The notes below the pieces were generated by a model. It ran no database searches, had not been told where the DNA came from, and saw only the letters and a list, made by a program, of their open reading frames with translations. Shown here piece by piece: positions 26,584 to 35,603 of a stretch of DNA of 64,000 nucleotides (within the stretch, counting starts at the first letter, position 1; each line of letters opens with the position of its first letter). The stretch is from Nanobdellota archaeon (lineage in GTDB: Archaea > Nanobdellota > Nanobdellia > Parvarchaeales > Parvarchaeaceae). The translations under genes were made by a program, and so were the position numbers. The stretch lies in the NCBI GenBank assembly GCA_021802505.1, contig JAJZXE010000001.1, positions 35,683 to 99,682 on the forward strand, given 5' to 3'.

Positions 26584-28110
26584 ATGGAAAAGGAAAATAT
26601 TATAAGAATGCTGAATAAAACCGACAAAGCGGTCATGACGTCGCTTGTAAACGGGGAAATGTTCTCCACTGAAATAGAGACAAACAAGGCACTGGAAAGA
26701 TCCGCCGTCATAAATTCTGCGAGGAAGCTTCTTTCGCTCGGTCTCATAAGGATAGATAACATAACCAGTACGGGCGTGAGGCTGACTGCTCTAGGCAAAC
26801 AATATTTAACCGAAGGACTGCCGGAATACCGCGTTTTTAACTTCATAAAGAAACATGGTGCGGTAACCTACAAGCAGATTTTTTCCGGTCTTTCAATGGA
26901 TAAAAACGAACTCAACGCGGCGGTCGGCTCGCTTAAGAAATCTTCTTTTATAACTGTTGAAAAAGACAGGGTAACAATCAATCCGGATAAGGAAAAGGAA
27001 ATAGTGCGGAAGAATTCAATGCTTTCAGCGGTTGAAGGCGGACAGAGCATAGATCCAGAAGAAATTTCTGATCTTATAAAACGCGGCATTGTAGAACAGA
27101 TAGAAAGCATAAGGGAAAAGTTATCCATAACCGCGCTCGGAAAAGAAATAACAAAGGACAGGGAATTCGCCGAAGAATACCTGGATAAATTATCGGCAGA
27201 CAATATAAAAAACTGGGAAGGTCTTAGATTCAGGGAGTACAGCAGAAATCCGGAGATACTGAATTCCTTGTCCGGCAGGAGCAATATAAAAACCAAGTTC
27301 ATCTCGTTTATAAAAGATGCGATGGTATCAATGGGTTTCAGCGAAATGCACAGCAATTACGTTGAATCCTCATTCTGGAATTTCGATGTGATGATGTTCA
27401 GGCAGGATCATCCGGACAGAGACATACAGGATACCGTTTATTTAACCGCTGGAGGGGGAAAGATACCCGAAGGGCTGCTTCAGAGAGTGAAGAAAGTGTA
27501 TGAGAGGGGCTTCCGCCGCTCAAAATACGACGAATCGATAGGCTACAGAAAAGAGTTTGACGGGGCAAAAAGCAGTTCTCTCATAATGAGGGGGCATACG
27601 ACGGCCACGACCTTTCGTTATATCTATGAATTTATCTCAAAGAATAAGGATAAACCCGCAAAGTTTTTTTCCGTAGACAAGGGGTTCAGGAATGAAACAA
27701 TGGACAGCACCCACCTGCTGGAGCTTTATCAGATAGAGGGCATAGTTTACGGTGACAACCTCTCCGTCGCGGATCTTATCGGATACATTAAACAGTTCTA
27801 CAAACGCATAGGGATAGAAAAGATACGGCTAAAGCCGACTTATAATCCCTACACGGAACCGAGTTTGGAGATACAGGCATTTAGTCCAAAACTTAAAAGG
27901 TGGCTTGAGGTCGGAAATTCGGGTGTTTTCAGGCCTGAGACCCTCGAACCGTTCGGCATAACCAAGAATATCATCGCATGGGGTTTCGGCATGGAGAGGA
28001 TGCTTAATCTTAAGCTGGAAATGTCGGACATAAGGGATCTTTACGGGGCATACACCGACATAGATCTTCTGAGGGACATAAGCTCGGCCAAGATATTCAG
28101 TGAGTTTTGA
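26584..28110 (+). CDS. pheS: Phenylalanyl-tRNA synthetase alpha subunit
   Basis: N-terminal wHTH repeats and a class II catalytic core (FRNE, GNSGVFRPE, AWGFGMERM). 508 aa. Confidence 0.9.
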   Translation: MEKENIIRMLNKTDKAVMTSLVNGEMFSTEIETNKALERSAVINSARKLLSLGLIRIDNITSTGVRLTALGKQYLTEGLPEYRVFNFIKKHGAVTYKQIFSGLSMDKNELNAAVGSLKKSSFITVEKDRVTINPDKEKEIVRKNSMLSAVEGGQSIDPEEISDLIKRGIVEQIESIREKLSITALGKEITKDREFAEEYLDKLSADNIKNWEGLRFREYSRNPEILNSLSGRSNIKTKFISFIKDAMVSMGFSEMHSNYVESSFWNFDVMMFRQDHPDRDIQDTVYLTAGGGKIPEGLLQRVKKVYERGFRRSKYDESIGYRKEFDGAKSSSLIMRGHTTATTFRYIYEFISKNKDKPAKFFSVDKGFRNETMDSTHLLELYQIEGIVYGDNLSVADLIGYIKQFYKRIGIEKIRLKPTYNPYTEPSLEIQAFSPKLKRWLEVGNSGVFRPETLEPFGITKNIIAWGFGMERMLNLKLEMSDIRDLYGAYTDIDLLRDISSAKIFSEF

Positions 28111-28112
28111 AT

Positions 28113-29750
28113 ATGGTAATGTTAAATTATACGCTTGATGAAATGAATGAGGTTATGCACAGAAAATTAAAGATAGAAGACTATGACAGGCTTTCTTTAA
28201 AATGCGGGCTGGACCTGGATCACGGAGAAAGTGCGCTGAATTTCGAGCTTACTTCCGACAGGGTAGACGTCGTTTCCAGGTATTCCTTAGCCAGTATATT
28301 CGCAAGCCAGCTGGGAATAAACATTAAAAGACACCTTCTTATCGGAAGGAAAAATCCCGGAGTAGCGGTCGATTATACATCCAGGAGATTTGTAAACGTA
28401 ATTTATGTAAACTTAGATGGCAATATCAGAGATAAAATCGATGAGCTTATAGCCATTCAGGAAAGACTCGATAAAAATGTAGGGCGAAACAGGAGAAAGG
28501 CCGCAATCGGCCTGTTTGATTACAGTAAAATATCCTTTCCCATAAAATACCATGAAGTGGACAGTAATCAGATTAATTTTATACCACTGGAGTATCAATC
28601 ATCGATGGATTACGCTTCTATAATGAAGGAGCTTAAGCAGTCAAAGGAATATGGTAATCTATCCGGTAAAAAACCCATAGTCTGGTCGGATAAAACCGGA
28701 AGGATACTGGCCATGCCGCCGATAATAAATGCAGACAGTTATTCTATAACAAAGGATACCAAAGAGCTGCTCATCGATATAACAGGTACGGACAAAGAAA
28801 CGGTTAATGCCGTTACAAAGATCCTTATCTATAATCTGCAGTTCATCGGAAGCGTTTCTCTGGTAAAAGTTAATTATACTTCAAAGGAGATAGCGACAAA
28901 ACTTTCACTGGAAACGCATTCATTTCATTTAACTGAGGAGGTTGTTCGGTCCTTGCTGGGCACGAGCGTCAAAAAAGACAGTATAAGACGGATATTATTA
29001 TCAATGGATTATACCGTAATACAAAGTGGCAAAGATCTCATTGTTAGACCGCCGTTTTACAGGCAGGATGTAATGCACCAGGTAGATATAATAGATGATA
29101 TAATGCGTAACATAGGAGTAGATAGTATAAAGGATATTGTGCCGCATTCTTATACAGAAGGAGGATTCCTACCGAATCATTATACGCTGCAGAACATAAG
29201 GGAAATTCTTGTCGGTTTTGGTTATCAGGAGATCGATATAAACGCCCTCACCAACGAAAAATACCAGTTTGATAAGACGTTTATAAACGGACAAGATTAT
29301 GTAAGTCTCCTGCCACTGAAGAGCGGGGAAGTGACAATGGTGAGTAAAAACCTCTTTCCTGAGCTTTTACGGCTGATTTCAAACAATCTGCACAAGAAGT
29401 TCCCGCAGAATATTTTTTCCCTGTCAGAAGTAGTGGAAAAAGGAAATTCCGACGTAATATTCAGCAACAAGACAAAACTCTCCGTTGTATCCTGCCAGAA
29501 GGATGCAAATGTCACGGATGTGCTGTCAATAATCAAAAAGGTTCTTGCCGATGCGTTTCCTTTGAACGATCTTTCTACGGACTACATAGAAGAGGGATTC
29601 TCAAAAACCTTTATAACAGGAAGGGCATATACTCTTTATATGAACGGCAAACCGGTAGGGTTTGCGGGAGAGATTCATCCGAGGGCGCTTAACGCCTTTG
29701 GAATAGAACTGCCGACAGCCATTGCCGAAATATACGTTGACGGGTTGTAG
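28113..29750 (+). CDS. pheT: Phenylalanyl-tRNA synthetase beta subunit
   Basis: Immediately follows pheS. B3/4 and B5 domain-like sequence (RPPFYRQDVMHQVDIIDDIMR). ATG at 28113 is preferred over the TTG at 28107. Confidence 0.88.
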   Translation: MVMLNYTLDEMNEVMHRKLKIEDYDRLSLKCGLDLDHGESALNFELTSDRVDVVSRYSLASIFASQLGINIKRHLLIGRKNPGVAVDYTSRRFVNVIYVNLDGNIRDKIDELIAIQERLDKNVGRNRRKAAIGLFDYSKISFPIKYHEVDSNQINFIPLEYQSSMDYASIMKELKQSKEYGNLSGKKPIVWSDKTGRILAMPPIINADSYSITKDTKELLIDITGTDKETVNAVTKILIYNLQFIGSVSLVKVNYTSKEIATKLSLETHSFHLTEEVVRSLLGTSVKKDSIRRILLSMDYTVIQSGKDLIVRPPFYRQDVMHQVDIIDDIMRNIGVDSIKDIVPHSYTEGGFLPNHYTLQNIREILVGFGYQEIDINALTNEKYQFDKTFINGQDYVSLLPLKSGEVTMVSKNLFPELLRLISNNLHKKFPQNIFSLSEVVEKGNSDVIFSNKTKLSVVSCQKDANVTDVLSIIKKVLADAFPLNDLSTDYIEEGFSKTFITGRAYTLYMNGKPVGFAGEIHPRALNAFGIELPTAIAEIYVDGL

Positions 29751-29751
29751 G

Positions 29752-30186
29752 ATGAACTGTGAGATATGCGGGGCGTTTGAGGAGAACCTTTTAAAAACCG
29801 ACGTAGAAGGTGCAATACTTAACCTCTGCAGGGATTGTTCAAAATACGGCAGAGTTGTTGAAACTACTGCAGTTAGCAGCGGATCAAATTTGAATGAAAG
29901 GGACGAACCTCAGCTTAAGAGTAATTACGCCGAAATAATATCGGATGAACTGAGGAAAAACAACCTTTCAATAGCGGAATTGGCGGATAATCTGAAATGC
30001 TCGCCGAAGGACCTGAAAAAAGTAGCACTGGGCGAGATTCAGCCGTCGGATATACTAGTGAAAAAATTGGAGAAGTTTTTCAAAATCTCGCTTTATGAAG
30101 TGGATTATGTTTCTGACAGTAATTTTATAAGACATACAAACAGTCTATCATTCGGTGATGTTGTTGATATAAAAAGGAAGAAATAA
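29752..30186 (+). CDS. mbf1: Archaeal multiprotein-bridging factor 1 (aMBF1): zinc ribbon plus XRE-type HTH
   Basis: MNCEICG...CRDCSKYG zinc ribbon, then the HTH LRKNNLSIAELADNLKCSPKDLKKVALGE. ATG is 1 nt after the pheT stop. Confidence 0.8.
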   Translation: MNCEICGAFEENLLKTDVEGAILNLCRDCSKYGRVVETTAVSSGSNLNERDEPQLKSNYAEIISDELRKNNLSIAELADNLKCSPKDLKKVALGEIQPSDILVKKLEKFFKISLYEVDYVSDSNFIRHTNSLSFGDVVDIKRKK

Positions 30187-30199
30187 TTCTTATTAAAGA

Positions 30200-30282
30200 G
30201 CAGAGGTAACGAAGCGGTCAAACGTGTAAGGTTTAGGACCTTATGGCTCAGGCCTTCGAGGGTTCAAATCCCTCCCTCTGCA
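30200..30282 (+). tRNA. tRNA-Leu (anticodon UAG), long variable arm
   Basis: Acceptor GCAGAGG/CCTCTGC, anticodon stem TAAGG/CCTTA, loop T-T-TAG-G-A, variable arm TGGCTCAGGCCTTC, T arm GAGGG-TTCAAAT-CCCTC, discriminator A. Confidence 0.9.
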
Positions 30283-30316
30283 TATTATTTATATATTTTG
30301 TCTGCTTAAGTATAAT

Positions 30317-30829
30317 ATGCCAGTAAATACTTCCGTCAAAAAAAGGCTTGATTCATTGCTAAAGGAACAGAGGTGGAATGACTTACCCTATTACCATATA
30401 TACATGAACTTTCCGGAGGAGACAAGTGAGAAAGACGGACACAGGATAATATCAGATGCTGCAGATGAAAGCGGACTGGTTCTCACTTTTCACCAGCTTA
30501 GACAAGACAGGTCAGTCGCGAAAAAAGGCATAATCTACAAGGCTGCGGATATGTTCGACAGACTATTTTTTCCATTTCCATGGTCAGTGGCCGTCAGCCT
30601 ATCAATCTCTCGCACACAGGAACAAAGTCTATATTTCGAGATAGACAAGCATATTGAATCAAGAGCAAGGTCCTCCCTTATACACTTCTTTTCCAGTGTT
30701 TACGAAAAGACTTTTGATAGCAAAGAACAATTAGACTATTTCCTGTCTTCTCCCCCTTATTTGCTGAAGCCAGAATCTTCCAAACCTGGTGAGGACTGCG
30801 GAACTTTTTATTATAAGGAAAAAAAGTGA
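30317..30829 (+). CDS. Hypothetical protein
   Basis: 170-aa ORF. No family recognised. Confidence 0.4.
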   Translation: MPVNTSVKKRLDSLLKEQRWNDLPYYHIYMNFPEETSEKDGHRIISDAADESGLVLTFHQLRQDRSVAKKGIIYKAADMFDRLFFPFPWSVAVSLSISRTQEQSLYFEIDKHIESRARSSLIHFFSSVYEKTFDSKEQLDYFLSSPPYLLKPESSKPGEDCGTFYYKEKK

Positions 30830-30998
30830 AACTGGAACAGGTGCCGTAATACTCTCGAATTTTTCAGCCATTAAAACAAACTCGGCATTGTTTTAAATCT
30901 TCCGTAAACAAATTATGCTCTGTCCGGCACTGATAACCTTAAATACTAAAATTTACTTATCTTGTTAAGGATTAAAGCTGAGTTGTGAGGTGTGAAAT

Positions 30999-31403
30999 AT
31001 GGTAGATCTTTCGTTTGATAATTTCTTGAATTTATTCAAGAAGAATGTAAATGTAAATTCATCCGGTAAGGACAGCGATTACATTGAATTAGAGGTGGAC
31101 CAGGGTGATAAGCCGATGGCAAAGGTTTTCGTGAAGTATTATAATCTTAATAAGTTCGAGGATGCCAGTCCCGTTTTAAATGATATACGCTCGGGATACA
31201 CTCTTTCTTTCATAAAGGTGAAAGAGATACGGGAAAAAGGCGGTGTGGAAGAGCTCAAGCGGACTATTTCTAAACTCAAAAAGAGTGCAGATGCCGCAGA
31301 AGCACAGATAATAGGAGTTGATGAGGATTATCTGCTTGTAGTACCTGACTTTGTGAAAGTTGAAAAGGGAGAAGTCCTCAGTAATCAGGAAAACCGAGCC
31401 TGA
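30999..31403 (+). CDS. sepF: SepF-like cell-division protein (DUF552)
   Basis: 134 aa. DYIELEV......VFVKYYNLNKFEDASPVLNDIRSGYTLSFIKV...IIGVDEDYLLVVPDFVKV matches the SepF core pattern. Confidence 0.55.
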   Translation: MVDLSFDNFLNLFKKNVNVNSSGKDSDYIELEVDQGDKPMAKVFVKYYNLNKFEDASPVLNDIRSGYTLSFIKVKEIREKGGVEELKRTISKLKKSADAAEAQIIGVDEDYLLVVPDFVKVEKGEVLSNQENRA

Positions 31404-31409
31404 TTAGCT

Positions 31410-31721
31410 TCAGTTGCCGGAGTAATAAGCGGCATTTATAGCCTTTTTATCGGAATCCTTTGTTATACTCAGCATAGTCAGTGATTTAATCGGAGTCTCG
31501 TCTTCTTTTTCACCATCCACTTTTATCGCATTAAATGAAAATGAGATATCATCAAAGAATTCGGCTGCGCTTCTGTCCACTCCGACTGATTCGGGTTTCG
31601 CGGTGTTTAGTATGTCTTTAGCCTCGTTCAGGCTTTTCACCCTGTGAACCTGGACGGAATTGTTTATTATCACAGCTACTATCAGTCTTCCCTCATTTAC
31701 CGCTATTCCTGCTTTTGCCAT
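31410..31721 (-). CDS. Hypothetical protein
   Basis: 103-aa ORF overlapping the 3' end of the upstream methyltransferase gene by 29 nt. Confidence 0.35.
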   Translation of the reverse strand: MAKAGIAVNEGRLIVAVIINNSVQVHRVKSLNEAKDILNTAKPESVGVDRSAAEFFDDISFSFNAIKVDGEKEDETPIKSLTMLSITKDSDKKAINAAYYSGN

Positions 31722-32277
31722 ATATTTTTATAAGAAAAAGTTCTTCAAAGAAAAAATTAACCGAAGACAACTTTCTAAAACTAAATTTTAGACGCTTTAT
31801 CTCTTTATATACTTTATTGATGTCGTATGCGCTGGAAAGCACTAAAAATGCAGTACCCCGTGGTTTTAAATGCCGGTTTAATCCCCTTAATATCCTAATC
31901 GTAGTTTCATATCCCTCTGCGCCGCCGTTTAATGCAAGGTCCATCCAGTCTCTGTTTTTATCGCCCGGAAGGTAAGGTGGATTGGCATAAACAATATCGA
32001 ATCTTCTTTTTCCAAGTCCAGAAAAAAGATCGGATTTTATGCATTCAAAGTTCGTTATCCCGTTTTTAACAGCGTTATACTTTATTGCCTTTATAGCGTG
32101 CGGATTTATATCAATAAAGGTCACTTTTCTAGAGAGAGGTGCGGCGTTGATCCCTATTATCCCGGTGCCTGCGCAGATATCAAGCACATCTCCTCTCGCA
32201 TATTTTACCGCTTTCAGCAGAAGCATGCTGTCCTCCGAAGGCGGATAAACACTGTCAAATTCCTTTATCTCAAACAT
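31693..32277 (-). CDS. HemK/PrmC/Mtq2-like N5-glutamine (NPPY) methyltransferase
   Basis: SAM-binding motif VLDICAGTGIIG and catalytic motif ANPPYLP. 194 aa. Confidence 0.75.
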   Translation of the reverse strand: MFEIKEFDSVYPPSEDSMLLLKAVKYARGDVLDICAGTGIIGINAAPLSRKVTFIDINPHAIKAIKYNAVKNGITNFECIKSDLFSGLGKRRFDIVYANPPYLPGDKNRDWMDLALNGGAEGYETTIRILRGLNRHLKPRGTAFLVLSSAYDINKVYKEIKRLKFSFRKLSSVNFFFEELFLIKIYGKSRNSGK

Positions 32278-32312
32278 ACGAAACGCTTATTAATATATTC
32301 ATACTAGATTAG

Positions 32313-32783
32313 ATGATAAATATGAAAGAGTTCAGAGTATATTTATTGCTTGCCTTGCTGGTTGTACTGCTCGTGGGATTCATAGTCGCGGGCAAAACAT
32401 CTCCGGCCTATAAATCAGTCACAGCAGAGTCAATAAACTGCAATTCCGTAAACCTGGGTTTTAGTGCGTTTACAAGCGACAATGTAACGGCTACGGAAGG
32501 AACAAATACTTTTTTTCCCATTAAGGTCAACAACACCGGCAATGTAACAGAAACAATATCCCTGAGCGTAACGCCTGTAGGTAGTGTCCCTTTTTCTATA
32601 GAGTCGGCAAAACCCACAGATATCAATGCAAGCCAGAAGGGGTTTACAAGTTTCGGAGTTTATTCTCCGGCAAAAACAGGGACATACAGAGTTGTCGCAA
32701 ATGTATCCGCCGGTTATCTTAACTGTATAAATTACAAAACGATACCGATAAATGTGACTATACCCAAGAATACTACGAGTTAA
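32313..32783 (+). CDS. Secreted/anchored beta-sandwich-like protein with N-glycosylation sequons
   Basis: N-terminal hydrophobic signal/anchor LLLALLVVLLVGFIVAG. Several N-x-S/T sequons (NVT, NNT, NVS, NTT). Confidence 0.45.
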   Translation: MINMKEFRVYLLLALLVVLLVGFIVAGKTSPAYKSVTAESINCNSVNLGFSAFTSDNVTATEGTNTFFPIKVNNTGNVTETISLSVTPVGSVPFSIESAKPTDINASQKGFTSFGVYSPAKTGTYRVVANVSAGYLNCINYKTIPINVTIPKNTTS

Positions 32784-33118
32784 TGGAAAGCCAGATAATA
32801 AAAGACAGCGAAATAGCCGAAATAAAAGAGGATAACACTAGAGTAAGGTTTGTCGGCAAGATAATGTCTTTCGATGAAAAAACCGGAATGTTCGAGGTTG
32901 AGGACGGCAACAGCAGGGTGACCTGTCTTCCAAATTATCAGGAAAGCACGGTTTTTCAGGTTTCTGACCTTGTTATGGTTACCGGCAGGGTAATTGCTGC
33001 GGATTCTTCCTTTGAAGTAAGGGCCGACATAGCAGAAAAGATAAATATAAATGACTATAATAACTATAAGAAGTATTTAAAAATAAGGAATAACTTATTA
33101 ACTATTGATGGAAGCTGA
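32783..33118 (+). CDS. OB-fold protein (RPA-like small subunit candidate)
   Basis: 111 aa. VRFVGKIMSFDEKTGMFEVEDGNSRVTC....VSDLVMVTGRV is OB-barrel-like. Overlaps the PCNA start by 11 nt. Confidence 0.4.
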   Translation: MESQIIKDSEIAEIKEDNTRVRFVGKIMSFDEKTGMFEVEDGNSRVTCLPNYQESTVFQVSDLVMVTGRVIAADSSFEVRADIAEKININDYNNYKKYLKIRNNLLTIDGS

Positions 33119-33848
33119 ATTTAAGGACGCGGAGATTTTTAAGAAAATGATGGATTCGACCGGCAGTTTAATGTCGGATGTATCCATAGATTTCAACGAA
33201 GAAGGTTTTGCGATAAAGGCGATGGACCCTGCGAACATCGCAATGATTTTATTTGAGGCAAAGAAATCAATATTCTCAAGCTTTAACATAGACAAGCCGA
33301 TAAAGATATCGGTTTCTTTGGATGACCTGAACGGAATACTAAGGCTGGTCAGGAAAGACGATAAATTAAAGATATCTGACTCAAAAAACAAACTTATCCT
33401 GGATATAAACGGGAAAAACAGGCAGCATTTCACCATCCCGTTGATAGACGAGAATTACACCGCCCAGAAGATACCGCAGCTGAAATTCACGGCGGAGATC
33501 ACCGTGTTAAGCTCTCTTATCAAAGATTCCGTAAAGGCCGCGGCGCTGGTCGATGATTCGATTTATTTTACGGTTGACAGACCGAGATTTATAATAAGTT
33601 CAAAGAGCGAGGAAAAGGAGTTTTCACAGGAGCTCTCGATAAATGACAACAAGGAAATATTTGATATGAAATCCGAATCAACCACAAGATCAAAGTATTC
33701 GATAGATTACCTCTCGAAATTCCTGTACGTCGCAGATCCGGAAAAACCTATAAGGCTTTCATTCTCCAACAATTATCCACTTAAACTGGATTATGAGATA
33801 AACACGGACGCATCGATGTCATTTATTCTTGCGAACAGGCTGGAATAA
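33108..33848 (+). CDS. pcn: DNA polymerase sliding clamp PCNA
   Basis: MEAEFKDAEIFKKMMDSTGSLMSDVSIDFNEEGFAIKAMDPANIAMI... has typical PCNA length (246 aa) and pattern. ATG at 33108 is preferred over the TTG at 33105. Confidence 0.9.
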   Translation: MEAEFKDAEIFKKMMDSTGSLMSDVSIDFNEEGFAIKAMDPANIAMILFEAKKSIFSSFNIDKPIKISVSLDDLNGILRLVRKDDKLKISDSKNKLILDINGKNRQHFTIPLIDENYTAQKIPQLKFTAEITVLSSLIKDSVKAAALVDDSIYFTVDRPRFIISSKSEEKEFSQELSINDNKEIFDMKSESTTRSKYSIDYLSKFLYVADPEKPIRLSFSNNYPLKLDYEINTDASMSFILANRLE

Positions 33849-34286
33849 TCAGAAAACAACGAGCTCGTCCTCGTATACTGCTATGTCCCTTAACAGCGCC
33901 GGCAGAGAATAGAAGTCAACAGAAAGTATCTTTTCAGTGCCGGATCTGTGCTGCATAAGCGAGTTGGTCCTGTTTCTTGTCACAAGCAGTACTATGTTTT
34001 TTCCCGTATTTTTTAGGTTTTTTTCTATGAAATTATTGGCCCGTATCATCTGGTTTTTTATGAACTCCCTTTCTTTTTCAGGCGGGATATACGCGTGGTT
34101 TTTGCAGTCTACAAAGAACCTCCTTTTGCCGTCATAGGCTATAAAATCTATTTGAAATCTCCTGTCTGTCTTGAATCTTACGTCCTTTTTAACGGTGTAA
34201 TCGAACTTTTCAAACACCCCCGCGGTGTCATTTTCAAATTTTTTCCAGTCGTTGTTCTTTTTCTTAAACTCAACGTCGAAATACAT
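33849..34286 (-). CDS. PD-(D/E)xK restriction-endonuclease-fold protein
   Basis: FENDTAGVFEKFDY...QIDFIAYDGKRRFFVDCKNH fits the D...(D/E)xK core of Mrr/Hjc-like nucleases. Confidence 0.5.
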   Translation of the reverse strand: MYFDVEFKKKNNDWKKFENDTAGVFEKFDYTVKKDVRFKTDRRFQIDFIAYDGKRRFFVDCKNHAYIPPEKEREFIKNQMIRANNFIEKNLKNTGKNIVLLVTRNRTNSLMQHRSGTEKILSVDFYSLPALLRDIAVYEDELVVF

Positions 34287-34290
34287 AAAA

Positions 34291-34298
34291 TATATAAA
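34291..34298 (+). promoter_or_regulatory. TATA-box candidate for tRNA-Gly
   Basis: TATATAAA centred about 30 nt upstream of the tRNA 5' end (34325). Confidence 0.4.
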
Positions 34299-34324
34299 AG
34301 GGGCGTATTAATAAATGGTATCAA

Positions 34325-34410
34325 GCATCGGTAGTCCAGTGGTAAGACACTACCCTGCCAATTTTTATAGCAGTCCGGTGGAGACCCGGGTTCGAATCCC
34401 GGCCGATGCA
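34325..34410 (+). tRNA. tRNA-Gly (anticodon GCC) with a 15-nt canonical intron (34361..34375)
   Basis: Acceptor GCATCGG/CCGATGC, anticodon stem CTACC/GGTGG (one G.U), loop C-T-GCC-A|intron|C, T arm CCGGG-TTCGAAT-CCCGG. Exon CTGC pairs with intron GCAG. Confidence 0.88.
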
Positions 34411-34728
34411 TTACCCTTGCTTTTTCATTATGACTTTCAGATAAAGCCAGCTTTCCAGGTTTTTTATCGGTCTTATGATTGACCCGTTTCCCTTAATGGA
34501 CAGGGCCAACAAAACAAGACATACAGCCGTTAGAATGTATAAATACGGATATAAAACCCCCATGTAGCTCAATAGGACGGAGATTATTATCGTTATAATG
34601 AATCCTATCTCTTTCCTGTAGAAGTAAGTTATGCCTACACCCGCTATTATAAGGACGAAGAAAAAGTATGCCAGGTACGGATCCGTCTGCAGCATGGAGT
34701 TTATCATTATGTATAATATATTTGTCAT
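34411..34728 (-). CDS. Small membrane protein (3 predicted TM helices)
   Basis: 105 aa, mostly hydrophobic. ATGA-type overlap with the upstream pth2 gene. Confidence 0.45.
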   Translation of the reverse strand: MTNILYIMINSMLQTDPYLAYFFFVLIIAGVGITYFYRKEIGFIITIIISVLLSYMGVLYPYLYILTAVCLVLLALSIKGNGSIIRPIKNLESWLYLKVIMKKQG

Positions 34729-35093
34729 AGAAGCTTTAGCTTCGCCGTTATCTTATCAATTTCATCGGAATAATACGGCCCTATCCCGATGGCGGTTTCG
34801 CTTCCGGGCGGCACCTGCGTCTGTCCCGCATCCTTTACGGTTTCAAAAGGCATCCCGCTTCTTTCCAGTTTTTTCTTTATTTCGTTGAATTCTTCCGGTT
34901 TGTTGGTCTTGAGCACTATCTTTGTTTCCCCTTCCCTTATCCACGTTTCGGCTATTTCCGGATATAACTTTTTTGCACGTAAAAAGCTCATGAGACTGGC
35001 GTGCGAACCCTGTGCGATCATCTTTCCATTGCCCATCCCAAGGTCTTTTCTCAGTATTATGACCTGTTTTATCTCTTTTTTGGACTTTTCCAT
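34725..35093 (-). CDS. pth2: Peptidyl-tRNA hydrolase, archaeal type (Pth2)
   Basis: VIILRKDLGMGNGKMIAQGSHASL...KIVLK...DAGQTQVPPGSETAIGIGP. Confidence 0.9.
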   Translation of the reverse strand: MEKSKKEIKQVIILRKDLGMGNGKMIAQGSHASLMSFLRAKKLYPEIAETWIREGETKIVLKTNKPEEFNEIKKKLERSGMPFETVKDAGQTQVPPGSETAIGIGPYYSDEIDKITAKLKLL

Positions 35094-35145
35094 ATACTAT
35101 TTAAAACAGAAACATATAAATACGAATCTGATAATAAACTAACAA

Positions 35146-35331
35146 ATGGCAGAGGCTTTAGTCGAGAGCGAGAAGAATTTCTGTATATCGTGTGACAGGG
35201 ATATATCCATAATAGAGGATTCTGTTCTTTTTAACTGTCCCAACTGCAATTCAAAGATCGCAAGGTGCGGCAAATGCAGGGGAAGAGGAGTCACTTACAC
35301 GTGCAGGGTCTGCGGTTTTGTGGGGCCTTGA
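35146..35331 (+). CDS. Zinc-ribbon protein (COG2888-like) conserved upstream of aEF-1beta
   Basis: Four CxxC pairs (CISC, CPNC, CGKC, CRVC) in 61 aa. Sits directly upstream of ef1b, as in many archaea. Confidence 0.7.
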   Translation: MAEALVESEKNFCISCDRDISIIEDSVLFNCPNCNSKIARCGKCRGRGVTYTCRVCGFVGP

Positions 35332-35333
35332 AA

Positions 35334-35603
35334 ATGGGAAAAGTTGTTATAAAAATAAAGGCGCTTCCAAAGAGTACTTCTTCGAATGTGGATGAACTCA
35401 CTGAAAGCATAAAGAAATTTCTTTCAGGATACGGTTCGGTTTATAAGGTGGAGGTTCAGCCGCTCGCGTTCGGTCTAACCGTCATAATGATAACACTGGT
35501 GGCGGATGAGGATCAGGGGACATCAAAGCTGGAGGAGGCGTTTACTTCCTTTAACGATGCGAGTCTGAACATTTCGGAAGTAAGCCGTGCGCCGGATTTT
35601 TAA
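35334..35603 (+). CDS. ef1b: Translation elongation factor aEF-1 beta
   Basis: MGKVVIKIKALP....VDELTESIKK......KVEVQPLAFGLTVIMITLVADEDQG. 89 aa. An internal ATG is preferred over the ORF-track start at 35265. Confidence 0.85.
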   Translation: MGKVVIKIKALPKSTSSNVDELTESIKKFLSGYGSVYKVEVQPLAFGLTVIMITLVADEDQGTSKLEEAFTSFNDASLNISEVSRAPDF

